This document shows positions 1 through 13,295 of a stretch of 64,000 nt of DNA, in pieces; within the stretch, counting starts at the first letter, position 1, and the number at the start of each line of letters is the position of its first letter. Made by a program: the position numbers and the translations under genes. Under the pieces are notes generated by a model, which saw only the letters and a list, made by a program, of their open reading frames with translations, was not told the DNA's origin and made no database searches. This DNA comes from Mnemiopsis leidyi (lineage: Eukaryota), in contig CM108484.1 of assembly GCA_048537945.1 (NCBI GenBank), positions 18,945,034-19,009,033 of the forward strand, written 5' to 3'.

Positions 1-1212
1 TCCTTACAAATACAACATATAGGTAAAACACACACACATATATACAACGTGTTTTCACGACGTTGTAATGCTTACTAAATTTTCCCGAACGCCCGTTTCC
101 TGGTCGAACTAATTATATTCATGCGCTGCTCGCTGTGTCTTCTCCACTCCGAGACTCAATAAGACAAGAGAATCAGGTCAGGCTGCCTATCGCGGTGTTC
201 TGCTTTCTCCGCCATCTTCAGGTCACGTGACCCCGTCAAGGAGGTGTCACGTGATACAACTTTGTCTTGCATTCTGTCAAACCTGCTATTTCTGGCCTGC
301 AAATTATTCGTTTTTGCACCTCGCCTACCGCAGTGCTACAACTTTTCTTGGTCTATATTTTAAAAGTGATTGTCGGACTAGTTGTTCAGTGTTTGGAGTT
401 GTTTTATTCAAAGTTCATGAAATTTGTTGAGGCCTTCTTTTTATTCTCTTTAACAAGTGACTAAATTAATTCCTTTTTTGTTGGAAAACTTGTTCGTTCC
501 ATCTTTACTCAGGATTTGAATATAATGCAAGACGTGTCTAAGAACAAGCCAAGTCCTTTGTTTGATAGCTACGGAAGACTTAATGCTCGGACTCTCTTCT
601 ATGCTGTATTAATTATATCTTATTATGTTAGCATCTTTACATCAAATTAAACTATATTTAAACTCCTTCCTCAAAACTTCGGACTCCTTGTCGAGTATAA
701 GTAGTTTACTCGTCTTCAGTTTTCATATACGATACAGTTTTGAGTAGCTAATGATACTTCAACAACATGACGTTACACATGATATTTTACTTTTCTATAT
801 TTACATTTCTTTACATTGGTTGCTTTCTCAAACTGTGGCAGTCTAGAGCGGCAAGGGTTTAGTTTTTGACAGTTAAATAATTTCCAAACCAGTTCAATTG
901 AAAAAGTAGTCTCGCAAATAATGTACCTCCGTGAACAATTGGGAGCTGCATTTTATAATTTCTGTTTGATTTGATTAGCCATAGTAGTTGACAATATCTC
1001 AGCCATTATCTAATACAGGCGCCAATGTTAGGACCTGTCCATCCCAATGCAACCTGAGAGAAATATCATTATCGAAATGAACTTTCTAGGTCCATTGAAC
1101 ATCTGTCGTCTAGAGCACAGTAGTGTCGGTCCACCAACTGTGCACTATTACTCGGTCTCGCAACCTTTATATCTGACTGAGTGCGATTCTCTCTAGTGGA
1201 TCGTAACACGGA

Positions 1213-1409
<197 letters not shown>

Positions 1410-1587
1410 GTAAACCTCGCGTCATGTCACACTTACCGCTCAGTTGTCATATCTCTACCTACTCTTACATATCACGTGACCTGACATAGTCGCCAAATTC
1501 GCACTCCCTGTTTAACACGTGTGTTAAGTATCACGTGACACTGTAAACGTGATTCAGGTGTAAATGTACACATGATACAAGTGTAAA

Positions 1588-1617
1588 ATGTGTGTATTTG
1601 TGTGTGTATGTGTCTAT

Positions 1618-1661
<44 letters not shown>

Positions 1662-1662
1662 A
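1588..1662. repeat. (GT)n/(GA)n compound microsatellite
   Basis: Direct reading of the sequence. Confidence 0.95.
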
Positions 1663-2642
1663 TGTCCTAGAGAACCAGAAGTCCGATATCCAGGGAGAGA
1701 GTTAGGGCACTGTAGAGCTTCCCAAGAAGTTGTTATGTCACTCGGGTCTGACACTTGTCACTACTCCACCCTCTCCTTTAGTGCTCACTACTGACATCTA
1801 CCCTTCCTTTTGCTCTAATTCCTCCCTCTTTGGAAGCTTTTATTATAGTTCATTTGTGGGTGCTCTGTCGAACTTAATCCATCTGTTCCATTTATCGAAA
1901 TTTATTATTCCCGAAATCTCAAGATTATTTACGATTCTTCTAGCATCGACTTTGAAGTACCAGCCTAGCGAACCCCATTGCCAACTGGGTTTTGGTACAC
2001 TCCTGCAATCCAAAAGAACCCTTAGAAACGTAAGCCACAAGGCGGTTGTAGCCTTCTCGTTAATTCGGGAAGGTAAAGCGGATGCCAACCTAGGATCGAC
2101 TTAGGATTGACTGTATCCAGACAATCATATCCAGCTGTTTTGTACTTATCAAAGGTCTGCTGTTTTTACTTAAACATTCGTTCTGTGCTTATAAACTCAA
2201 CTCCCTTACACATTGGTTTAAAATGGTTGCCTCTGTTTTCAAATTCTGTGACAACTTTAAACACCAACTTGATTCCTAATAAGCCTTAAATAATATCAAG
2301 ACATGATTTTGCGCCTGCGTAATGCAACAGTATTTATATCTTTCGGTACTATCAATCATTAACGTTCCAATTTTACTGCTTTAGTAATGCCTCAAAGTTT
2401 CAAAGCTTTCCCAAAGTCTATTTCTGAGGTTGTGACGATTCCGCCAGGGTCTCTATAATGCCACTGTTAACTCTACCCAGGGATGACCTAATGCGCCTGC
2501 TGTTGCGAATCCGGCCGAGTGTCCATTTTAAACTTGCAAAATCTGTCGGTGACACGAGCCAAACAGAGCCAATTTATCCAGCTTCATTACACGTATGATT
2601 TAATCGGCCGGAGCCGGTTAAATGTGTTGTCTCCACGAGGGT

Positions 2643-2793
<151 letters not shown>

Positions 2794-3714
2794 GTGTGTT
2801 TGTGTCCTCTTGGTTCGGCTATTGTAATATTTTTCCTGTTCCACTGGTTTTCATATTTTCCTGTATTTAGATCGTTTCAGGGAGTGCACGGGCAAAGCCG
2901 AAGGAAAACACGGTTTCTTTTTATGTCTTAGTCAATCGTTATGGTCACGACAATTGTCCATATTTCTATTTCACAATAATTCTTTTTGACTTTTGAATTC
3001 GCGAGCAGCTGTAATTATACTAAGGAATAAAGATGTTCAACATATATAGTTTACAGTGTGTTGCTAAGCTATAATATGTATTAACTCAACTCTGACAATT
3101 TGCGAAGGAACGCCCTTTCAAGCCATGCAGCACCTGGTCTTTAATTGCTATTTTCGTACCTTTCAACTATTTTCAACGTCTCGAGTTCTCGGAATTTGCG
3201 TTTGTCTGGTGCTGACACGACTACAAGGCTACACAGTGTGCTCCTCCATGAAAAGCGAGCGAGTCCTGATAAAAATACTCCTCTTGAAAATCGTATTATA
3301 ATTGATTTGCTAATTGAAGGAGAAGTAGCAGCCTATGACAGAGCTAGTTGCCGTGTCACATTAATTTATCTGACGAATATAGCGGTGCAGTGTGTGTGTT
3401 GAAAAGTTGCGTGTAAACTTTTCTTTGTGTTGAAACGCTCATTTAACATCGTGTTCCTCATTCCTTTATCTTCAAATTCGTAACCTTCATCAGGTTAGAA
3501 TTTATCTGTTTTGACAATATGATAATTCAACACTTTTCACACCAATTTACATTTACAATGATTTTGTGGCATCTCTGCAGCTGTCGCAATGGTTTAGCAC
3601 ATCGTACAACACATATTACGATCAGCTCATTATAAAAGTTATCAATTTATGCCTGATCATAGTGTTGTGATTTGTTAACTAATCATCTGACTGATCCTAG
3701 CAAGGCTATTAATC

Positions 3715-3771
3715 ATGAGGGAATACAAACTTGTCGTGCTCGGATCCGGTGGTGTTGGCAAGTCTGCCTTG
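3715..3771 (+). CDS. RAP1: Rap1 small GTPase, coding exon 1 (MREYKLVVLGSGGVGKSAL)
   Basis: ATG at 3715. P-loop GSGGVGKS is present. GTAAGT donor at 3772, phase 0. Confidence 0.9.
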
Positions 3772-3850
3772 GTAAGTGTGATTTAACAGCTTTTACACAG
3801 CAATCACTCTTGTTTAATTGTACTACAAGATATATTGTATAATCATTTAA

Positions 3851-4276
3851 CTGTTATACTACTTTATTGAAGTGTTATATTACTTTATTTAACTGTTATA
3901 CTACTTTAATTAACTGTTATACTACTTTATTTAACTGTTATACTACTTTATTTAACTGTTATACTACTTTATTGAAGTGTTATACTACTTAATTTAACTG
4001 TTGTACTACTTTATTGAAGTGTTATACTACTTAATACTTTATTAAAGTGTTATACTACTTTAATTAACTGTTATACTATACTACCTTATATAACTGTTAT
4101 ACTACTTTATTTAACTGTTATAATACTTTATTTAACTGTTATAATACTTTATTGAAGTGTTATATTACTTTATTTAACTGTTATACTACTTTAATTAACT
4201 GTTTCACTACTTTATTTAACTGTTATACCACTTTATTTAACTATATACTACTTTATTTAACTGTTTAAATACTACT
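3851..4276. repeat. ~22-24-bp AT-rich minisatellite (AACTGTTATACTACTTTATTT)n in Rap1 intron 1
   Basis: About 18 tandem units, visible by eye. Confidence 0.9.
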
Positions 4277-4500
4277 AATCTCTAGTCACAGCTCTATCTA
4301 GTATCGTGTTAGATTTTCTGTCTATTCACGGAGTCATTATTATATGTGTAAATATTTGTTGCTATTTTTAGCATCTCATTTTCCTGTCAAAATCTGGGCA
4401 AGTTCATTTAACGCCAGGTGTTTATTACCTTTCTTGATTACAGTTTTTATCTGAGTTAATTTTGGAAATTATCTCTCCTCTTGAGCAACTAATTTTTCAG

Positions 4501-4569
4501 ACAGTGCAATTTGTCCAAGGCATTTTCGTAGAAAAATATGATCCAACGATCGAGGATTCATACAGAAAG
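4501..4569 (+). CDS. RAP1: Rap1 exon 2 ([23 protein letters not shown], switch I)
   Basis: tttttcag acceptor and GTAAGA donor. The peptide matches the Ras-family effector loop. Confidence 0.9.
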
Positions 4570-4724
4570 GTAAGAGAGCAAGACAAGTTATTTGTCAATT
4601 TTTAAAAAATACTGAAAACACAAACTATTTATAGAGTTATGCTAGGCGGCTAATGTTGTCAGCCGATGATAAATGGTAGCCGCAGCGCGAGCAGTCTGTC
4701 GAAAACAACCTTTAATCTCTTTAA

Positions 4725-6380
4725 GGGGGAATTGCCAAAAATTGTCCAGTGAATTTGACTGTGCAATAACTTAATGTACTCCGATTGGCATCGAATGCAC
4801 GCTCAAATAGTGGTTTTTGAATATTCCCATTTTGGCAAAAAAGGATATTGTGATTATTTTGAAAAACCACACTTTTTCACAGAAATTACTAGAATCTTTG
4901 TATTTTCCACAATTTGCACAAAACTAACACGAAAATCTTAGGAAACCTGGCTGACACCTTTGTCTATTTGCTGTAAAATTTTCATGAAAATTCATTGTAA
5001 ATTGATTGAGCTGTACTTTCACAAAGGTGATAACTACAGAAATCTAAACTTTGAGATCAAACAACTTTGAAAATTTACTGACGCTGCTGTGGACATCAAG
5101 CGAACTTGAAACTTTGCACACTGTTAGACAATGGTCTTAGAAAGTTTTTGGTGCTATGAAAAGTTGGTTTTAAAGGAAAGGGAAAATATTATGGGCACCT
5201 GGAATAAAAGAAGCAATTTTTCTGCCAAATTTCGACTTGAAGACAAAAAATTGTTAGAGCCACCCTTGAGTTGTCTAAATGCCAGATATAAGGTAAATTT
5301 TCACGAACATACTTTATCTGACCCGGGTGTATTGGTTTTGGGCTGTAAATCGAACACTTTTGTAAGTTTACCACAACAACACTTTGAGGGATTTGTGTAT
5401 ATTTTTCTTTCCTTTGCTTTTTCTGAAAATGTTGAACAATTTTCATGGTCATATTTGAATTCTATGCTTAAAAATAGTCTTAGAAAGTGTGTCATAACAA
5501 TCTTTGTGACTAATGAGTTTTTCTTAAAAATTCTCGATTTTGCCCTTGCAAAAAATTTTCTTTTGAATAAAAAAATTTTAATCTTTGTATTGTTTTGAAA
5601 GAGTCCTCTTCAGTTAATTTCGACCTAAAAATACGTTTGCCGAGGTCAAAACTAGTCTAAAATGGAAGATGTATGCGCAAGAGAACAATAGTTGTCCAAG
5701 AGTGACAAAATATGGTATGTTTAAAATATATCTGATATCCGATTTCAAGCCCAAAACCAATACACCCGGGTCAGATAAAGTATGTTTATGAATAATGACC
5801 TTATATCTGGCATTTAGACAACTTTAGGGTGGCTCTAACAATTTTTTGTCTTCAAGTTGCAATTTGGCAGGAAAATTGCCATTTTCTTTTCAACTGGCCG
5901 AGTTTTGTTGATCTTTCCCCGGAAACTGACTTTCCATAGCACCAAAAACTTTCTGAAACCATTTTTTAGCACCTTGAGAAGTCTCGATTTCCCAGAGTTT
6001 TCTCGGTGGCCATTGGAAATTTCCAAACAAATTTGACTTGAAGAGTTAAATTTTTGGGGTAAGCAACTTTGAACAATTACCGTGCAATTAATAATCCACG
6101 TATCATCATGAAACTTTTGTAGCCATTTCAATATGGTTCGATCAAAATTCTGTGAAATTTTCATCTCTTCACAATGTAAATTGACTGAGTTATGAAAATT
6201 TTACTATTAATCCCAGAAAGGTACGTTTTCTTGAAAAAATCAGATTCTGCCCAATTGCAAAAATGGGAATTCTCAAAATCCACTATTTTAGCGTGAATTC
6301 GATGCCCATTGGTTTACTTTAACACCCTGTACAGTCAGATTCACTGGACGCCACAAACCCCTGTTTTTGGCAATTCCCCC
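4725..6380. mobile_element. Non-autonomous foldback/MITE (1.66 kb) with ~630-bp inverted arms, in Rap1 intron 2
   Basis: The termini GGGGGAATTGCCAAAAATTGTCCAGTGAATTTGAC and its complement GTCAGATTCACTGGAC...GGCAATTCCCCC are flanked by TTAA on both sides (4721-4724 and 6381-6384). The arms 4725-5358 and 5731-6380 are imperfect reverse complements of each other. Confidence 0.75.
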
Positions 6381-6530
6381 TTAAGATATAGTATGGATTT
6401 TTGACCTCTGAAAGTCTATTAAGCTGAAAAGCTGTTGAAACTTGTGCGTCAATCCAACTGTTAGAAGTCTACTGAGATCATATCTTTACATATTTTCATG
6501 ATTACAGACTTTGTAGCACAGTTTTAGCTG

Positions 6531-6625
6531 TACACAGCACACACTACATATTTCTCTACACAGCACACACTACCTATTTCTCTACACAGCACACTCTACC
6601 TATTTCTCTACAGCACACACTACTA
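6531..6625. repeat. 27-bp tandem repeat x3.5 (TACACAGCACACACTACCTATTTCTC)
   Basis: Direct reading of the sequence. Confidence 0.8.
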
Positions 6626-7029
6626 CCCATGCCTTGGTTCTATACACCGGTCCTAACAAAGTCTTATTGTCGTTCACAAGGCCAGGACAAATTTAGAACT
6701 TTCACTAACAATGCACTCAATTTAACCTAATTTGTATATCTCTGAGGTCAGCTTTACTCTCACCGCGACGCTGAGCAATCCTCCTTTCTCTGAATTTAGT
6801 AAATATGGAGCTAGTAAGCCTTAATGGACCATATCAGAGCACAGTACAATTACTGTAAACATATACCCATTACAGCACAATAGCATTAGAGCTGATTTGT
6901 CCAGGTCCTTAGCCCCTGACCGCTACTAAATCATTAAATCGCTCGTTTGCGACTCAAATATGCGGCTGTTACCACCTAGTTGTGCTAATTTTTCAGATTT
7001 ACAGTGTACTTACACACGTTCTATTTCAG

Positions 7030-7086
7030 CAAGTGGAGATCGACAATCAGCAGTGTATGTTGGAGATATTAGATACCGCAGGAACG
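7030..7086 (+). CDS. RAP1: Rap1 exon 3 (QVEIDNQQCMLEILDTAGT, switch II DTAG)
   Basis: tttcag acceptor at 7029. DTAG motif present. GTAAGA donor at 7087. Confidence 0.9.
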
Positions 7087-7669
7087 GTAAGATTTAATTT
7101 TTAATTTAGATTAAATTGAACATACATCGACACCCTTAATGCTACTTTTATGTTTTGCACATTCATCGATACTTATAATGCTATGGCCTATGTTTTTTGG
7201 AGTTAAAAAAAGGTTTTTATGTGGAACCGAAGACACTGTCGCTACTGTCGAAAATTGTACTGAGAATTCAACAAAAGAAACTTGTCAACATGAAGCTTAT
7301 TCTTCCTGGATCCTAGCTTTCATCCACTTCCTTTAGCTTTTCTCTGTGTTCCTCTAACAATAAAGTCCATTATCTGCAATCCTTTATTTTACATAATGTT
7401 AAAACAAAAACCGTCTCACTTTTTAAAACCGCTCCACAACGCCTCTGCAGCGGTTTGCTATGTGCCATGTACGGCTTTATTCAATTTGCAGCGCACGCAG
7501 CTCCGCCTATAGTGGCTGTTGACGCCTAGATTCTGAGAGCAACTTATCTGGAAACGTATATGTGTACGTGACACACCAGATTATCTTATCGCACACATGT
7601 GACTCCTCACTGCTCATGTATTGGACTTGTCCGACGTGCATTCTAAATTTAACTCGTTCCACTGACTAA

Positions 7670-7954
<285 letters not shown>

Positions 7955-8654
7955 TAATCGAATAATACAGTTCAGCCCGTGCTTGTCATGACTTAACGTT
8001 AGTGTAGAGGCATAACGTCATTTATTTGATGTGAGGTGTCAGATGTTTCCATGGCAACTGCAGATTTCATATCTTAGGTAATTGGGCAACTCTTTAAGAT
8101 GATTTAAAAACTATGCTAGATATGAGAATGTTACCTTATATGGCAATGTAACTGTGATAAGATTATCATAGCTGCGATGTCTAAGAAATACGAATCGACA
8201 TCCTTTTTAACGAGCAGTAAAAGCTGACGCACAAATTGAATTGTATGTTGACCCTAATAAGACCCGTTCATTTAATTACAAACCAGCCACTAGGGCCAGC
8301 CTATAAATATCCCATTACTCCATTGATTTTAATGCCTTTTTAGTCCTATTAAAGGGTTTGTATATTCCTCAAATTCGTTCTTGCGCTGGTTGCTAGATTA
8401 AGTTTTACGATCATTAGTGCTTTAGTGGCTAAAACGTACATATCCAATATCAACTAAAAAATGGTAGTCTCGACTTAGAGGTTCACTATTAAGTTGATAC
8501 TTATTATAAAACACCTCTTTGAACAACGTACAAAACTTAATTACATTGCGATATATCGTTAACAACTCATAAACTGCACGCCTGTGTAAACTACAAACAT
8601 TCCAAGAATGTGCACACAGTGAAAATCCCGAGAATGGAATGCGGTATGTTTCAG

Positions 8655-8798
8655 GTGCCGATGTGTCTGGTTGGAAACAAGTGTGATCTTGAGGACGAAA
8701 GAGTTGTCGGAAAGGACCAGGGAAATCAGCTGAGCAAGGAATTCAATAACTGCACCTTTATGGAGACCTCCGCAAAGCAGAAAATTAACGTTAACGAG
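8655..8798 (+). CDS. RAP1: Rap1 exon 5 ([12 protein letters not shown]...[12 protein letters not shown]; NKxD and SAK motifs)
   Basis: tttcag acceptor and GTAGGT donor. G4 motif NKCD and G5 motif SAK are present. Confidence 0.9.
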
Positions 8799-9296
8799 GT
8801 AGGTTGATTAGTTTACGATACGTGAATTGAACAAGCTTCTCACATCTGCTTCCGTGTGTAGTTGGTTATTACTAGGTAAAACTTACTGCGACTCTACCAT
8901 TATTGAGGGCACTTAGTATGGCGCGCAACGTCTCGCGCGCGTATTTTGTAGAAAGAACTTATGATTGCTTATGATTGCCTGATCTGCTAATGTAGTCTAG
9001 AAAAAAGATCGATTCAATGTCAATGTTTCATCTGACATCATTTATCCATTATAGAACCTGTGAGAAAATCTGTTAAGTAGTGTGTTATAAAGAAGATAAA
9101 CGAATATTCTTATGAATTCCGACAAAAGCGGCTAGCGCCGATTAATACCGACCGTTTACGATAAAATTAGGGAATGTACCAAATGTAGAGTTTTGCCTGT
9201 TAATCTGTTACCGAGAAATCGCATAACCCGATTTAATATTACGGCTGACGTCAGTGAACACGACAAGATCTTTATGCGTGGATTAAATAATTTCAG

Positions 9297-9389
9297 ATTT
9301 TCATAGACTTAGTGCGTCAAATAAATAGCAAGACGCCAGGAGTGGGAAAGGGAAACGACAGCAGCGGCTCGTGCTGTGTCCTTCTATAG
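9297..9389 (+). CDS. RAP1: Rap1 alternative terminal exon a (IFIDLVRQINSKTPGVGKGNDSSGSCCVLL*; Cys-Cys + CAAX, no polybasic stretch)
   Basis: tttcag acceptor at 9296 in phase with the exon-5 donor. The 30-codon ORF ends in CVLL then TAG. It is homologous to exon b over IFxDLVxQINSK. Confidence 0.7.
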   Translation: MFIDLVRQINSKTPGVGKGNDSSGSCCVLL

Positions 9390-9811
9390 AGTATGAAATG
9401 TGAGCTTTCACTTCCACTGATTGAGCATGTAACGGGTAGTCCAGCAGCCGTGTGCTCACTCGTGCACGTGCGTTTCGCACACTGTGCAGTGTCCACGTGC
9501 ACATGCGTTTGTGAATGTGATTGGACGAGCGTGTGCTGCGCATTTGGCTGATTGTGTTAACGAGAGTGTGTGTTGGTGTGTTTTAGACGAAGATTACCAT
9601 ATCATTTCTGTTGGGTTTCAAAGCCTCGGCAGTGATTTGCTTAGGGGTCAAATTTGTACAGGTTTTGTTTTGTACTGTAAAGCAAAGGTTATCTGTTGGG
9701 AGATTGCACATTCAGCAGTTTTTTACATGATTACATTTTAAAGGGATATCGACGTATTATTTGTGCAGTTCACTTTGCTGAAAGTTGATTCTAACTATCA
9801 TTTTGTTTCAG

Positions 9812-9898
9812 ATTTTCTACGATTTGGTGCATCAAATAAACAGCAAAAATCCTGGAATAGACAACCGAAGAAAGAAGAAAATTTGTGTGTTATTATAA
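9812..9898 (+). CDS. RAP1: Rap1 alternative terminal exon b (IFYDLVHQINSKNPGIDNRRKKKICVLL*; polybasic + CAAX)
   Basis: tttgtttcag acceptor in phase 0. Canonical Rap1-type tail: a KKK stretch followed by CAAX CVLL, then TAA. Confidence 0.8.
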   Translation: MFYDLVHQINSKNPGIDNRRKKKICVLL

Positions 9899-12252
9899 AC
9901 TAGAGCTGTGGAGTTATAGTTATAAAAGAGCACATCACGGACCGTATATCGTAATCTTTAGTAAAAATATAGATACACTTGCACTGGAGCTAATTGTTTG
10001 TTAATAGTCTTGGTGAATGAAAGGGCGTGAACTTTGCCGTCATGCCACGTCGAAATTGTTTGACTGTCACGAATTTTTTTTCCCCGTGAAATCGCCCCTT
10101 TTGATACATGCGTGTGATGCCTGAATCGTTTTCCGTTGTTTCGACCGATTCGCACATTTAATGTTCTGCGTGCGAGAAATTGTTTTTCCAAAGTTATAGA
10201 ATTTACTTCTACTCTTCTTTAGTTGTGATTGATGTCGATAACGTGTATTATGTTTTAGTACTTTACCACCAATTTTGGATGTATATCCTTTTTCGGGCTT
10301 TACACATTTTACCACTTCATACATTGCTATCACGACTGAACTGGCCGTGTTATCACTTGGCCACCCATTTCCCTTGTCTTATAAAAGTTGGAAACGAGTG
10401 TTCCTACCTTTGATGAGATGTTTTTATGCTTCTGTATCGTTTATTTGCATGTAAATAGTAAGATAGTAAAATGTGAGATGGTTTCCAAGTGATTTGTACC
10501 CCTTCTAATGCCGTAGTTTCACAGTATTAAAACATAGGACTTTTGATGAATTAAACAAACGTTGGAAAACCGTGTTTGAAACATCGTTACATCATTTTAC
10601 CGTGTTAAAAGGTTTGTAGTAATTATAACGTATGATTGTAATACTTATGTCTAATATGAAATGTTAAATGAGTAGGGTAGCTTCAAAACTTACTTTTTGT
10701 GATACAAATATGACTGAGCGTTGTCTCGGGACAATTTAAATCAATGTTAACGCTGTAGGATTCACAGTCAACTATGATACACGAGAAATGGGAGTCTTTG
10801 CGGAGCATAAGTTTACTAATTGAGCCTGTGTTCTGCTCCCCTTGAATCATGTGTTTGATTTTTCGGTATATTAATAATCTTAGCAGTTAAGATTAAACTC
10901 TTTCAATTGTTGTTTGATTTATTTCTCAATCCAAAAAAAAGAGATGTACAACAACAAAATTGAATTGTTGAGATCAGATAATTAAGGGAGTCTGGGACTA
11001 GACTACAAACTTTGCATATTTAACTGAATACATATCAAACTAAATAGTGAACTATGGATATATTATCAGGATATTAAACTGGAAAGATTTGATTTGACAA
11101 GATCTAGATGACATCCTGAAACGATACGCTCGCGCTGTACCGGTACGCCTTTACTTGCTAAACCAGCACAGCATAGCCCATACTTTCATAGAGCCATATA
11201 AAGTACGCATACATCGTCAAGCCTGCTACTGCCGCCCGCGCCCCAAAACTGGCATGGAGATGGATCGCGTCGCAACGTAAGTGGTGAGGTTAGGTAAGCT
11301 TCAGATCGCCTGATCATGCAATGCACACCTCAGCTTTGACGAGATTATATCCATCTACCGTTTTAGCTGCGTGAGTCGGGTATCACCGCGACAACCTCAG
11401 CTTTGTTCACGTTGTTAAGCTACGCGCGCCGCGCGGCCACGACGCCCGCGCCGCGTACAGCGTAGCCGCGTAAGCTACGCGCGTGCTGGAGGCTGCCGCT
11501 TTGCGCGGCAGCAGGGCTATAATTAATTAACAACGTACCTGGCAAGCTCAGTTTAGTCACCAGGCGCATGAATATCAAATATACACGCATCTTTTATATA
11601 TTCAGGAAGATATATTATATGATATTTATGATATGTGCGTGAAACTTATCGGACGTTGCGCCGCGGCTCTCTCTACGTTTCTTGTAGGTTGATATTGATA
11701 ACATACTGTCGCGGCCATCACGCGCTGTCACGCATTTCTGACGCGCATCGCCCGTTGATACGTTTCCCTCCGTTTGTTGCAAATTAACAATTAGCCTGAG
11801 GTCCCCAGGTAACGTGAAATCTACAACAGTGCAGTAATTGACGAGATGATATCCGTCTAAGTACGTTCTAGCTTACCGGGCGTTGCGCGGCTCTCTCAAC
11901 GTTTCCCTTTCTACGTTTCCCTCCGTTGCAAAGCAACAATTAGCCTGAGGTCCCCAGGCAAGTTTTAGCCAAACGTTGGGAGAGCAGCAAGCTGCGCCAG
12001 GAAAGCTGCAAGCTGCGAGCCGCACGCAAGTCGCGTCGGCGTAAGCACCGTAATTACTGGTTTCATGCCTAACCAGGGCTTGCTTTGACAGAGCCATTTT
12101 GCGCGCGCCGCGTAGCGCAAGCACTTGTATTATCATTGACGAGATTATATCCGTCTAACGTTCTAACGAAACGTTCAGCTTTAGCTGCGTGAGTCGGATA
12201 TCACTGCGACAATTAGTATTATCATGAATAATTGTTTTACAAAATTTTATAA

Positions 12253-13040
12253 GTTGAAAAGTACGAGGATCAAGCAATATTAATCTTTGATTAATGTAAC
12301 AGCCGGTACACGGTATTGTAATCGATTGTCAGACGTTGCCATGCCTGACCTACTGCCGCAACGCAAGGCAAGTAATCGATAAGTTAAGCACACAAATTTC
12401 AGCATGATTGAATTTTGGAACGAAGTCTTGTTTGTTGATTTTTTATTTAAAACTTTTCAAACTTAGCTCTATAGAACAACAATGTCGAAAAACAGTCGTT
12501 CATATTTTGCTTCCGTCTACAAATTGAGATGGCCCACCAAAACGCGAAAATGCTCAGTAAGCTGAGCTCGCAACATATGGGACCTTTGGCAAAATAATCG
12601 GATCGTGAATGTGAAAAATTTTGAGTATGGAGAAATACATCAGAGAAAAGTTGAAAAGTACGAGGATCAAGCATTAATCTTTGATTAATGTAACAGCCGG
12701 TACATGGTATTGTAATAGATTGTCAGACGTTGCCATGCCTGACCTACTGCCGCAACGCAAGGCAAGTAATCGATAAGTTAAGCACACAAATTTCAGCATG
12801 ATTGAATTTTGGAACGAAGTCTTGTTTGTTGATTTTTTATTTAAAACTTTTCAAACTTAGCTCTATAGAACAACAATGTCGAAAAACAGTCGTTAATATT
12901 TTGCTTCCGTCTACAAATTGAGATGGCCCACCAAAACGCGAAAATGCTCAGTAAGCTGAGCTCGCAACATATGGGACCTTTGGCAAAATAATCGGATCGT
13001 GAATGTGAAAAATTTTGAGTATGGAGAAATACATCAGAGA
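12253..13040. repeat. Tandem duplication: two ~395-bp copies, >98% identical
   Basis: 12253-12647 and 12648-13040 are near-identical, from AGTTGAAAAGTACGAGGATCAAGCA through GGAGAAATACATCAGAGA. Confidence 0.9.
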
Positions 13041-13295
13041 ATTGTGAGCTGTGATAAAATCATAATAAACAAACGAATTAAGATATCTGCTCGACAGTAT
13101 ATTGCTCAAGCGAACTATTTCACCTTTACGGATGACATTTTTGTTTTTGTTCGGATCAGCAACTCTCTTCTCCTTTAATTGCTCAACAAGCTTCTTTCTT
13201 TCAATCCTATCTTCAACGGTTCTATCTGGGGAAATGCAAACTTTTTGTACGCTTCAAAGTATCTCAGTTTGCTCGTTTTTCTTAAAATCTGATTA

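Noticed and set aside
5131-5598. 155-aa ORF (MVLESFWCYEKL...) inside Rap1 intron 2
   Set aside because: It lies within the loop and arm of the TTAA-flanked foldback MITE, is AT-rich and of low complexity, and is mirrored by an antisense ORF. It is not coding.
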